From Balanoglossus misakiensis (Eukaryota; Animalia; Hemichordata): a DNA stretch of 64,000 bases. Within the stretch, counting starts at the first letter, position 1; every line of letters starts with the position of its first letter. Below are positions 26,887 to 39,145 of this stretch, in pieces. The notes below the pieces were generated by a model. The model was not told the DNA's origin and ran no database searches. It worked only from the letters and a program-made list of their open reading frames with translations. The translations under genes were made by a program, and so were the position numbers. Location: the NCBI GenBank assembly GCA_040954595.2, contig CM082597.2:574759-638758 (forward strand), given 5' to 3'.

Positions 26887-28976
26887 TCTGAAAGGTGTTG
26901 TGAGCAATGGGATGACTGAACACTTTGCAGGATGGGGTGACTATCAGAAGTATCCGCACAATTGGGGAAGGAACGAATATCCGTCTGTTATATATGCTCT
27001 AGTCAAGAGGCATCAATCATTCTTTATCGTGGGATATTGGCATCGAATAAAATGATAACGCGTAAACGCCTCCAGGAAGTCTGGATCAGAGTCCATCTGC
27101 AGGATGCAGTTCACAAAAACGAAAGCTTGGTATTTAGAACAAAAAATACAGAGACAAAAGAGGAAGGTTTTTAAGTAACTTCCTTAAAGCCCTATGAGCT
27201 GCTACTATTAGCATCTTTATCCTTCACCGACGGCGACACTATTTTGAATCCATTTAGATGTCTCCAGTTTGAGAAAAAACAGTATCTATCTACATTGCAA
27301 TGATTAACCGTACACACCTTGCAAAAAATCTGCCAAAGTTCAATTGCCTACTTGGACTTTATCATCTGCAATGACTAATGCAATGTACAGGGAAAACATG
27401 ATCGACCTTAACACACATGTGTTTGATAATTTGGTAAAGATAAATCGCTTTCGATTCTATCTTTCTTTTTCTTAATTCTACTCGTCAATGACTATCGTCG
27501 TTAGCATTGTGTCCGTACTGCTGGACTCAAATGGTCATTTGATGGATTGAATTTGACCTGCAGGTCGTGTACACGGAAGGAAACTGGACTACTTTTAAAT
27601 AGATTTTGGTAGCTTGGCAACATAAGGCACTAATGAGTATACACTTTGTGATATCTATAGAATATTTATGAGCTTTTCGTCAAGGGTGTTTGGTCGCTAG
27701 AATTTTCTGTGTGATTATTTGCAATTTTGCATTTTCTGATAATTCGTGTTTCATTTGTACTTATCTGGGAACATTATATCGTCAACAGATATCAAAGACA
27801 AATGTTTTAGACACATTATACATTTAGCAGCCTAGAGACATAAGCTCTAACTTTTGACTTTATTTTCAGGTATTTTTGTTCCTTGTACCAACTGCGATGT
27901 CTGGTTCTACTCCAATCAACATGCTGATGGGCCTATATCCAGTACTCTGCTTGTCAAGATAGCTTAAATGTGAGTAACCGCCATTTTTGTTGTTAACAAA
28001 TGAATTCTAGTCCGGACTTGAATTCAAAGTTTGCACAATATTAAACAGTGCTAACTATACTACTAGTAGTATATACGTATAGGTTGTGTTAACAAGCCGG
28101 ATACTAGGCATTTCCCCATACTTCAAGGATTTGAACAAAAACAGGCAGTAGACAGGCATATAACAAAAAAAAAACGGAAAATATAGGGAAAGGTTACACC
28201 TAGTTATGCTAATGTAGTAAGTGTAAGGTGAATGAGAGTTCATGCATGGGGGATTCGTGTGACCGAGAAAACAGGCGTAAACAGACCACTTGTCTGCCAG
28301 CAATTTGACAAACCTGGGTGATAGATTACAGGAATGGTATTTGACATAGCGACACAGGATTGAACTGTTTGACAAGCTCAGTCCAACAGACCAGCAAGTC
28401 CATTATTTAAATGTGAAAATACGCAAATCCATCTGTCCAGACACCAACTAAGGGAACAAAACTAGGAAGGCACGCGTGTGGATTAGTTTAGCGTACTGTT
28501 TATTTCTACGAATTCTTCAAATAATCCAGTTACAATTTTCCTTAAAAGTGTATAACAATGCAGAGTAAGACTTTATGGATAGACAGATACTACTAATAAC
28601 AGTTCGTACTGTATCAAAACCAATTCTCACTACTTTAAACAGGTTTAAGCCACCTAGGTGAGTGATAAAAATCTCGGCAGAATTTCAAGATGGCGGATTT
28701 CCGCCATGTTTAATAAATTGGAGACAACACTTGCAGAAATAATCGAAAAAAATCAACCCTTTAAACTCTTAAGTCTACAGTTAGTCGTCAACTTTTCTAC
28801 CCACAATGCAATCATTATAATGTGATTTGATCATCTAACACGAAGTAAAAACCTAGTATCTTGCCGCGTTTTGTTCGCTTTGCTTCCAAAACTTCTATGC
28901 TACCTAAGATATAATCACTTTTATCGCGCTGAATTTGACAGAGAAAGTCAGATCTCCTGCGATTGCTTTCAGACAT

Positions 28977-31272
28977 TTATTTTGGTCTGATAGTGCCGGT
29001 ATACTGGTAGTTGCACTCATAAGCTTTCTTGGCTGGGTTGAAACTACCACCCCAGCAGGTTAGGAGGACGTACAGACGTTGGTACTGGGCGTGTTGTGTA
29101 GTAACGTCTACGACGTTGCTAGGCAACTGGTTCCCGTTGTAGGCGATCACATGAGAGCCCTCTACGGTACAGTCGGCTTGATCGCAGATGTGTTGAGTGA
29201 AAGCGCTGATGTCGTCGGTTCCGAAGACGACCGATCGAATCATGTAATCGTCAGTTGTTTCTTTGTTGGCACAGAAGGAGACTTCGAGAATCACCTGTTC
29301 TTGGTAGAGCAGTTGCTCAGTTGTTGAGGTCTCAGCAATCTCGGATAAGTAATATATATCTTCGTTTGCTTTGGGGAAGTGAATATTCGGGTTTCTCATC
29401 AAGGCAGAGCTTTCTTTGATGTAGTAATATTCCTACAAATTCAAAATAATCAACAAGAAATAATAAACATTATATGATGGATGAATTGTTAGAAAACGGA
29501 GCACGGTGATATTGGCCACAGTGGAGTGACTGTGGTGAGGCTATCAACGATAACTTCGTTTATTTTGCGCAGAACACGACAAATGTTCAAATGTCAGTCC
29601 TGACAAGATTGTTGTTAACAATGCAAATCGAAACTTATAATAATAATATGATACAATGATGACACACACGCATATAAACAGTCCTCTCAAACATCATTAC
29701 TAGTATCAACTTACGTCGAACTTGGGCTTGGGATTGAATTGTACGTTGACCGTGAACGAGACAGCTGATATCCTGCCTGCAGTGGTGACGATGAAGAGGT
29801 CTTTGGTGGAGTTCCAATTTGATACGTTACAGAACGGAACTGCTGTCTGTCCAGCTGGATGATTGTGACAAAGTGCTGCCGTTTCGCTCTGAAAACGTAA
29901 TGTATATACATGTAGTTGACATACGGTCCTGCATGGAGGGACCCTGGTCGTGGTCTGTTAGTCTGTTCCCCAGCCCATCCCCTCCCCTGGCTGCATAGGG
30001 ATCAGACTGGTGATCTGTCTCCATTGTGAAGCTTCAGTCTCAGTCTCAGTATCTCACTTTTTAATCAAATGGGTCGTGCAGTGCAAAGCGTGTCAAGTTT
30101 TTTTCGGTCAGTCAATCAAAAAAGGGTTAAGCTTGATTGTATTTGCTATGCATAGTCTACGATGTGACACGCCGATTTCAATAAAGTCTGGGTCGGAGGT
30201 CACAATATGAAGTATGTCTTGAAGGCACCATATTATTCTATACACGTACAACACGTACAGACTGTAGGCCAACTGTTCAGTGGGCCCTGTTTGGACACTG
30301 GTATTTTTTCGATCTGATAAGATTGTTTCTCACCTTCTTAGCGTCATCCACGACGTAAAAGTAGACAACTCCTTTCACGGGGTTCCATTCTGGGTTGTTG
30401 TTCAGAAGTATAGTGATGGTGACAGAACTGCCGATGAATTGACCACACGTAGTTGCGGCAAAAACTTGCTGCTGTTCAGCTAGGACAGTTTTAACAGAAC
30501 GCGTGACGTAACGAGTTCCAATCTCAATGGTCTTTGTTCCAAAAGAGCCAGATATGGCTGAAAACGAAAACGGAAAACTTTAATTTATTTTCGTTTTAAT
30601 TGCCATGGTCAGAAATTCTCAGAAAGCTGTGCCAAGGACATAAAGTTAATATATAACTGAATGACCAACATTAGAAATTGGCCACATGTCTGTGGCCACG
30701 CAGCTGTGGAATTTTACCCGCCCCCTCCGCGCACCTGTTTTTTTTTAAACCGCCGTTGCGAGTTTGAGATGAATGAAACTTTCTGTGTGAGAATACGACG
30801 CGAGAGTTCGCCAAATTGGCCGGGCTTCAAAACGTGCGGCGCGAGACTCATACCAAATTGGCCGGGGCTTCTTTCGGTTGTTATACTGAACAATGGGTAC
30901 TAATTTTTTACAAGTTGTTAGCATTGCTCTAAGACTTTTACTACCATGATAAATCATCAGTTCTTACGAAGGAATTAACTCTGATCATAGCATGACATAT
31001 CTGCTTCTGAACAGCAGTTACTCAAGCGTGATTACAGCACAAAACTGAAGCTGTCAAATTACAGTAGAAAGAAAGATAGAAAGGGAACGCATGTCTTGGT
31101 TAAATGTTAAATGGGCGTGTCCTTAGCAAGTAACTTGTTCGTTTTCTAAAAAGTTAAAGATTTGTGAAAAACAGCACAAGACGACAAATATGTCTTGAAA
31201 AATAGGAAGAACTAGAAGTTACAACTTACCACAGAACAGAAGAAGGACGATAGCATTAAGAAAATTGGCCAT
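28977..31272 (-). CDS. Secreted uncharacterised protein, paralog B (298 aa, 4 exons)
   Basis: Exons 31272-31230, 30557-30334, 29888-29715, 29432-28977 (TAA), with the same phases as paralog A. Signal peptide MANFLNAIVLLLFCAISGSFG. Shared motifs GTRYVT, ATTCxQFIG, GVVYFYVVDD, WNSTxDL, VSFCxNKETTD, VFGTDxIS and YVLLxxWGG. Confidence 0.85.
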
Positions 31273-31366
31273 GACGCCGAGAGGTGTTTGACGATAGATT
31301 CGGTTCAGGTGTTCCTACCAAGTCTCTGCTTGCCGCTCTCACTGTCCCGCACAGTCCCCGCCACGA

Positions 31367-31423
31367 CTTATATACCCGTGGCGCGGACACTGAAGTGTAT
31401 AACTCTTGACTGGTCAAAGTTCA
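31367..31423 (-). promoter_or_regulatory. TATA box plus HNF4-type DR1 element upstream of paralog B
   Basis: Minus-strand TATATAAG at ~31367-31374, ~95 nt before the ATG. TGGTCA-A-AGTTCA at 31411-31423. Confidence 0.5.
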
Positions 31424-32514
31424 AACTAAGTCACTCGATAGCAGCGATTTCTTGGTAATATACCTTTAATAGCATAAATAACGGACGACACCCACGCCAC
31501 AAACGGACATATGACAAACACCAAGGCCAGTTTGCTTTTATCATCCTACGAGGTCAAGTTGAGTTTCGAATTCTCACGCGATTTACAGGAATTAAGAGTC
31601 ACGCTTATTTTAACCCCTTGCACGATATTTTCACATGACAGTTATTTCTGATATCGGGTTGAAACGAGACATAAATCGACAGGAAATGCGGAAAAAACGT
31701 ATGACTTTGCTGAACGAGGAAGCGTTTCCGTGTCGGGTTCGATTATCAGAAAGTCTTTACAGCCACTTGTGCCGTTTTAGTCGTTGTTTCGTGTATGACC
31801 ATGCGATGCTTATGAAACACTGAATTAACACTTGTCCACTTCATGATTAGGGCCAGGTCATGGTCACTCAATGAGTGTGACTTAAGTCCAATTTTTAGAC
31901 CAATCACGTGACGTCATTTCACCCCGCCTTCCAAATCGACCACCATGGGCAACGCCCACCAATAACCAATAAAACCGCTTTAAAAAGTTTACCAAAGTTA
32001 TAAATACTTACCGCAAAGGGTCAAAACTACCAAGACAATTAGCTTTGGGACCATCTTGACTGCGATTTATTTACGACGCTCTCTGTCTGGGTTGGGGAAA
32101 GTACTTTGTAAAACTGGCGAAGATGTCTGGTATATATAAAACAAGCAACGCATGCGCAGGTACTGCTTGGAGAGGGACTTTCCATTTTGCGATACTCAGG
32201 TGATGTGAAGATATGATAATGGTGATCATTGTTAATATTGTTGTCTAGCTATTCTAGTCTAAGGGAACTTTCTGTTTCACAACTCATGTGATAATTTGAG
32301 AGGCACGACAATGGTTGTTTTGTCACCCGCACCCTAGCAATCAATCAAAGTGCTGACCAATATGATTTCCACATTTCTCACGTGAGTTATATCGCTTGTA
32401 GATTGTGTCACCGTACTTTGCATACTAACCACAGTTACCGAGAATACCTTGATACATAGACGGTAAACGGACAGGCAGGCAGGTCGATGGACAGACAACC
32501 TTCCAACCAACCAA

Positions 32515-32654
32515 AGTGGCCAATATAGTAGCCACTTTACAGTCCATGTGCAATTTTCAAGTGCTTTAATTGATCTGTCTATAAAGGCTACCTGTCTATT
32601 ATGGCCACTTTAGGAAATTCCCTTGACTGGCCACTAAAGAAAGTTTTGACTGTA
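32515..32654. mobile_element. Same Tc1/mariner-like MITE family as 20552
   Basis: Shares TATAAAGGC(C/T)ACCTGTCT...CCCTTGACTGGCCACTA and ends in TTTGACTGTA. Confidence 0.6.
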
Positions 32655-35161
32655 TCACACGCTTGCACAGCTACTCAGACGATGCCCAGAGGGGTTTTAC
32701 AATTCCCGGTACTGACCTATCACTTATGAGGTGTGGGCGTAGAGGTTGTTTATTGCTATAGTTAATTTTTCTAGCGAAAGCAGAAACAAAAGTGAAAGTC
32801 ATGCGATTCCGACTAAACACTCGTGATCTGGTGGTGACATTGTGGGCTTCTGCGCATGAGTGTATAAAGAGACTGGCGTGACTAAAGGTCATGCCCCTGT
32901 TTATTGAAGTAGAACTGTGGGGCACTGTGCTTCGTTGCACTCTGTGGGTTTGGTATACAGGTAGCTTACAGGTAAAGATACGGTCATACTAAAAGGGGTC
33001 ATTGGCATCAATTTAGCGATTACTTTTGGAGACAGACAGAACTGGTAACGCTGATAACATACTAGTACGCTCTGACCAGTAAGACTAGCGCTCCAACCAC
33101 CAAGTGACGTCAAGAGGTGTCAAAATTATTTGACAAGCCCCATCTGCTATGAACAAAAGATGTTTGTATCTTCCCAACAGTTTGGACGTACACCGATGAC
33201 CTCCACCAGAGGTCACAGAGACACCAAGACGAGAAGTACAAAAACATACAGTTTGTGATATTAAAATCAATCACTGGAGACATTTTCGTAACCAACAACC
33301 ATTGTAGAAAAAACAACACCCTTTGTTAGTAGCAGATGGGATTGTCAACACTTTTCACACTTCCCGAATCCATTACCACATTCCACATATGGACCGTGGT
33401 AGGACTGACCCGCTTTGCTATTCATCACAGTGCACGTGGCAGCAAGTCACGTGATATGATAAAGATCATGGCGGTGACGTCTTCTCGCCGGCTTTTCATA
33501 GACGGCTGTGTTTGTATGTCTGTGGTTTGTTTTTCTGACAATAATATCTCAGTACTTTGGGCATAAAACTGAAAACTATATGATGATTGCACTTCGGTTA
33601 TCCTTTCAAAGTACATCTATGATCGCGTAATGAAGTGCTGTTCAACAGTAGGGGTTGAGTAATTAATTTGAAGAAGAGAAAGTGGGTACACGATAGTTGA
33701 AATCGAGGATATCAATCATTATCCAAAAAAGCCCAATCGCAAACAATGGTAGTCAAAGTTGCACGTCGAGTTTAAAATTAAGAGTGGAGAGACGAACACG
33801 TGTACACACCATGCCATAAACAGTGGTCTAAATTGTGACAGAGAGAACGAATTTTAATTTGTCGCTTGATTAAACAGCCATTGACTTTGCATTCCGGAAA
33901 TAAAAGCAAGCCGACAGATAATTACGTTTCAGAGTTATTTTGTAGTTAATTTATTATTTCTAGAACTTGCCCGGAGAGAAATTTAGGTAATTGTTCCAGT
34001 AAGCGCTCATTTTGGACTTGCACAGTCATCATCATGTGTTACAACTATTCAAAGTGTTTTTGTCTATATTTTGATTGCCAAAATGGCGACTGTACAGCCT
34101 ATAAAGATATTTATTCAGATTCGAATGAGAGTCAGAATTGGTAACAAATGTGACCAAAGCATGTAAGCTAGTATGAAAATTCACAATGAACTCAGGCTGT
34201 AAGTATTTGTGGGTTACCCGTGGTAGACTGGGTGACTTGAACGTTTAACATTACACTGTACATATCAGGCCAATCCGTCGCCAAACCCTACATGAACAAT
34301 TCATAATATAATCAATTAGGAAAGCGTTTTTCTGTACAAAAGAGAGCCTATGCAGAGTTTAGACTACTGCATCCAGTTATGGACCCTTGTGTGACGGTAT
34401 AATCACTCCCACAAATTATTCAGATGGTTATATTGTTTTCTGCGCAGCATGTGACAATCGAATAGCCGTACTTAATCCTACTGCACTATCAGTGCCACGG
34501 TAGGTGATAGATGGAAAACTTTAGCTGACATAATCGATCAAGACATTTACGATTTGATTTATCTGTAAAAGTTTCAATGATGAATTGCTGGATTGACATT
34601 ATGCCTGGAGTAGTGCGATGATTGAAATATTCCATATGGGAATCATTTCCTGACTGGAAGGAAAGTTTTACATGTATTTGGGGCACCAAGCGGAGTTGTG
34701 TTAACAGATTTACACCGAAACCACATTTCTTTACAACACAGTGATTCATTCACATCTGCAGTTCAGACGATCCCCTCTTTAATTTGACCCAACAGCGTTT
34801 TCCTGCAATATGATAAATAAAACATATTTTCTTTCGAAAAGCAAAACGTTTTCGTCTGTGTGTCTTGTCTTTGGGTTTTCGCTTTGAATCGATCGTGTGC
34901 ACGATAGTATCTTACCAATTAGTACACTCTGTAGTTTCAACTCTAATTGGCCACTTATAATATCCTCGTGATTAACTCGAAAGTTATTTCGACTTAATTG
35001 GGTAATAATGTAACCTATACCAGCGCCGGCGGGCTTTGCCTTGTTAGTAAGCGCAGAGCTACTTTACCCAAACGTGTTTTTCAAGTTGTGACTCGTGTTT
35101 ACATGTCTCAGGGAACGTTGCTAGGAGACTGACATTTCATGAAACATTGTACGGCGATGGT

Positions 35162-35355
35162 GATTGGCTATCGGCCAATTAATTCATTGCTGCAATTTTC
35201 AGCTCTCTCTCACGTGCATGTCATTCCAAACGTTTACCTTTTCCTCCTCATGGAAATGAAATATCCGTTTCCTCTTCAAACTTTGTCTGCTCGGCGGGGA
35301 TCTCGATAAACAAAACAGCGGCGCGATTCTCTTCAAGAGAGAAGCGACTATAAAA
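35162..35355 (+). promoter_or_regulatory. Putative promoter of the lectin-GH9 gene (CCAAT pair and TATA box)
   Basis: GATTGG...GCCAAT at 35162-35179 and TATAAAA at 35349-35355, ~60 nt upstream of ATG 35412. Confidence 0.5.
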
Positions 35356-35411
35356 CGATTTCGCTGAAAGCGTATTTTGCATTCCACGAAGTTGCAGTGG
35401 AAAGAATAACG

Positions 35412-38400
35412 ATGTCGCGACGCGGTGTCGCGCTTTCACTCCTGCTTTGGAGTTTCATCATTATCGGAATCTCTGCATCTAGTTTGTCTGTAAGTATTTA
35501 CAGATATTAAAGTCTTCGTGTTTCTCTTTTGAAGGCACTTATCAGTTTCCACACATAATGTCACAAAATCTTTTCTAACGTGGCTTGATCGAGGAAAAAA
35601 TATTTTTTTCATTGGATTTCAGAAAGATGGAGATTTGGGGGAAAGCAAAGCCCGAAACATCAGACAGACAGAAGGTGAGTCTGAATTTCAAATTATTATT
35701 GAAATCATTAATTTTGTATCAAAGGAATGGGTGAATGGAAGTAAATTTGCTGCAAAGTTACCAGGAATTTTAGAGGACCTTTACCATTGTGTTTGAAACA
35801 ATTTGTTCTGTCATTCAAATTATTTGCATTGTGACTCCCCCATAATTTTATTCTTAATTTTAAGAGAGAGAGTGATCTAAAGTTGCCATGTGCAAAATTC
35901 GAGAACATGTTTAAAACTTGGATTTTCGAGGCGAGTACTAACCTTAATTATTAAACCCCGATTCTCTTGTGTGTTGAAGCTTCCACTACAACGTACTTCT
36001 ACACGTATATCGACGATACCTCAATGACATGGGAAGACGCTAATTATTACTGCCAAGATCGATGGGGGAAAGTTCTCAGCATACCAGATGTTGAAACTCA
36101 AAACTACATCGTTGACTGGATCGCCGTTCAAAACATAACCGGACCAATTTACCTCGGTATTGAAAGGAAACCAGAAAGCAGTGGTTGGCAGTTTTTCAAC
36201 GGGACTGATGTTTTGCACGACAGTTGGGCAAAAGGGGAACCAAACGACAACACGACCAGTTGTGCTGTTATCAGGTAAGAAAAATAAAATATGACGGGAA
36301 AGTAAGATGATGAAAAAGTGACACAAACGTTTATACTCAGCCCTCTTTTATTATTTGCAATGTCTTTCTATAATGTAAACGTTGTACATTGCACACATTA
36401 AGTGCTGTTTGTTATGGCGTTTCATCACAGCGTTAGGTTCAACAATTTTGTTTTAAAATAAAATAAAATTCACTATTTGCTTTTAAGACCAAGCGTTGAA
36501 CAAATGCATTCTTCACGAAATGTTTTCACAACCGATCGGAGGCACGAATCAAATAAATGGAACACTTCGCTCTTGTGAGGTACCGCCGGTAAATCACGTT
36601 TCTGATCAATCTAACTTTATGTTGGCGACAAAGTGGCATTTGCATATTTAGTTTTTCCGGATTTGCATACTGGTAAATTTTTCCACAAACAAAACCAGCT
36701 GTTTTTACACTATTGTTCACTGTATCCCAGAGTGTGACCGATAAAAATGCAAACGTGAACACATTCTGCAGTTACGTAAAATAATATGCAAATTATTATT
36801 GACTGATATCGATTTCTTGGATCATAGTATTCATGCTCCTGTTAGGGGCGGGCCGACGAGGATTGGATGGGAAAACGTTGTCACCCTTATCACACTTACT
36901 TGACCCTCTCTGAAAGTAATGGTATAGCCCGAGGTAGTGAGTTGGTCGGTCTTCAGATCTCCAACATGCAGGATTTTACATACAAACATGTTTCCGTTGT
37001 GAAATGCCTTTGTCGGATATTCAAATGATTAGAAAAATGACTATATGAAAATTAATTTCGCAAGAAAAGCAAGAAAGTTGATTGGAGTTTTGTGCGGCTA
37101 CCTATAGCTGTGTGTAATATAGCTTGTGTGAAATTTCACCATATGGACCGGATGGCTGGAGTTCCTGTGCATTTGCACTGCAACTTGTCAATCATCTGGA
37201 GAGGTGAGCTCAACTGTGAAACAAATTGAGCTTTGCATTGCGAAGGGTGAAACTACTTTACGCACACAGCATGTGCCTATTCAGTGAAACGAACAGCTCT
37301 GTAATGGTAACCGTGGCGATCTTAATAGCGAGCTCGTGTTTCAGAGTTTCATCGACAGATTGACATACTGGGACCGTGATGCGTACATAGACGTGTCATT
37401 ATCAGAAATGTTTTTTTTTTCATCCACTCTTTATTCACAGTGCCGACCATGGTTACTTCAATTGGACCAACTACAACTGCAGTGGTGGAGCCGCGTTTAT
37501 TTGTCAATATGGTGAGTCGAGTTCTGAGAACACAACGTTGACTAGTAGGCCGCCCTCTGAAAGATTCAGCATTTTCATAGGGGCGGACAAGTCTCTCATT
37601 GCATAATATGTAATGGAATGGTATCGTCTTCTTTGGTACAATACACATTGTGTGTTCCTAACCATATTGCTTTATTATGCTCTGTCATTGACGGAATGCT
37701 CAAGAATTTGCGGTTGGTACACCGCTTTTTTCGAAGCAAAGCCAAGCTGAGATGATAGCTTATAGGGTTGATATTTTGACGTTTTGTTGCAGACTGCAAA
37801 CGCGACCCTTTTTGGTGTGTCCGTGGCGAAGTCGTCCATACTGCAGATACCTGTAGCTGTGACTGTGATAACAGATGGGGTGGACCACTGTGCGACGGTT
37901 AGTAAAATAGCTGTTTCCCGCTTATTGCGAGATCTCGCGAGACTTGGTTTATTACCGTAGCATTGGGTTGGTACTCAAGTTTTGTATGCAACTGCAACCG
38001 CTGCAGAGATTAACAAAAAGTAACTTTTCTGTCATTGGGCCATGTTTTGTTTGTCCCGTGTCACGTGAGAATGTCTTCCATATGACTTCCTAGCCACGCA
38101 AAGTCTCGGAGGGTCTCGTGAAGTTCGGAAAGTGGCCAATTTTTATTCTTCATGAAAAAAACGAGCGGCACTAAAATCCAGTATAGCCATACTGTGAAGG
38201 TACACTCCGGTCGTCAGTATGTTTCTCTGGACTCCGTTTGCGATAATTAAAACTCTTTTCTGCATCCAGAAATAACTCTGTTTGTGAAACCCCTGTACGA
38301 AATGGGAATCGGAAAAGCGTCGTACTTCGAGGCCGAACAGTTCTGTGAAGACAAAAGAACTACTGTACCGAGTGTGCGTACTTTTCAGTTATGGAAAGCG

Positions 38401-39057
38401 TTGAAAGACTTTGTTGCTAAGAGAGCCTCGCTATTGGACAAGCTGATTTATGTTGACTTGCGATTGGTTAACGGCGTGTGGGCGGACAGCGCTGGGAATG
38501 TTCCAGAAATTTCAAAATGGCTGAGCGGAGAGCCTCAGTCTGGCGAGGAATGCGCCGTCATTAGGTATGTTGGCAGATTGGAAGACATTTATATGAAGTG
38601 TCACAACGCTCCTTCTGTGAATTTATTGTGAAGTATATCGTTTAACGAGGTTGTTAAGAAAATCCCGATAAACTCTCTCAAAATGATAAATCGTTTATTT
38701 TGATAGTTATATGTCTGCCATATTGCGCATGACGTCACTGTGAAAGAATCGCAACGAAAATTGGAAGAGCAATAATATATTACGATCTAAACTCTTAAAA
38801 CTAACGCAGCTTTCAAATAAATTAACTGTAATAAATTATTTTCTCTTATGGTTTTCGGGTCGATGTAATAAATATGCTTTTGTACGCGATTGTCGATTGA
38901 TGCATTTTCGAATGATTGCTTGTTAATGGTGTTTTTTTCCTTGTCACACAAATCATTAGCCCTGCGGACTCGTACAGATGGATATCCGTTAACTGCTCGG
39001 ACGAAAACAAGTTCATGTGTGAATTCCGTGAGTTATCAACTATTTATTCTGTCAGCT

Positions 39058-39145
<88 letters not shown>

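Noticed and set aside
27871-27969. Plus-strand exon-like segment (TTTTCAG...GTGAGT) with a CTNCDVWFY peptide
   Set aside because: In-frame stop before the donor, no partner exons, and the PHD-like resemblance is too short.
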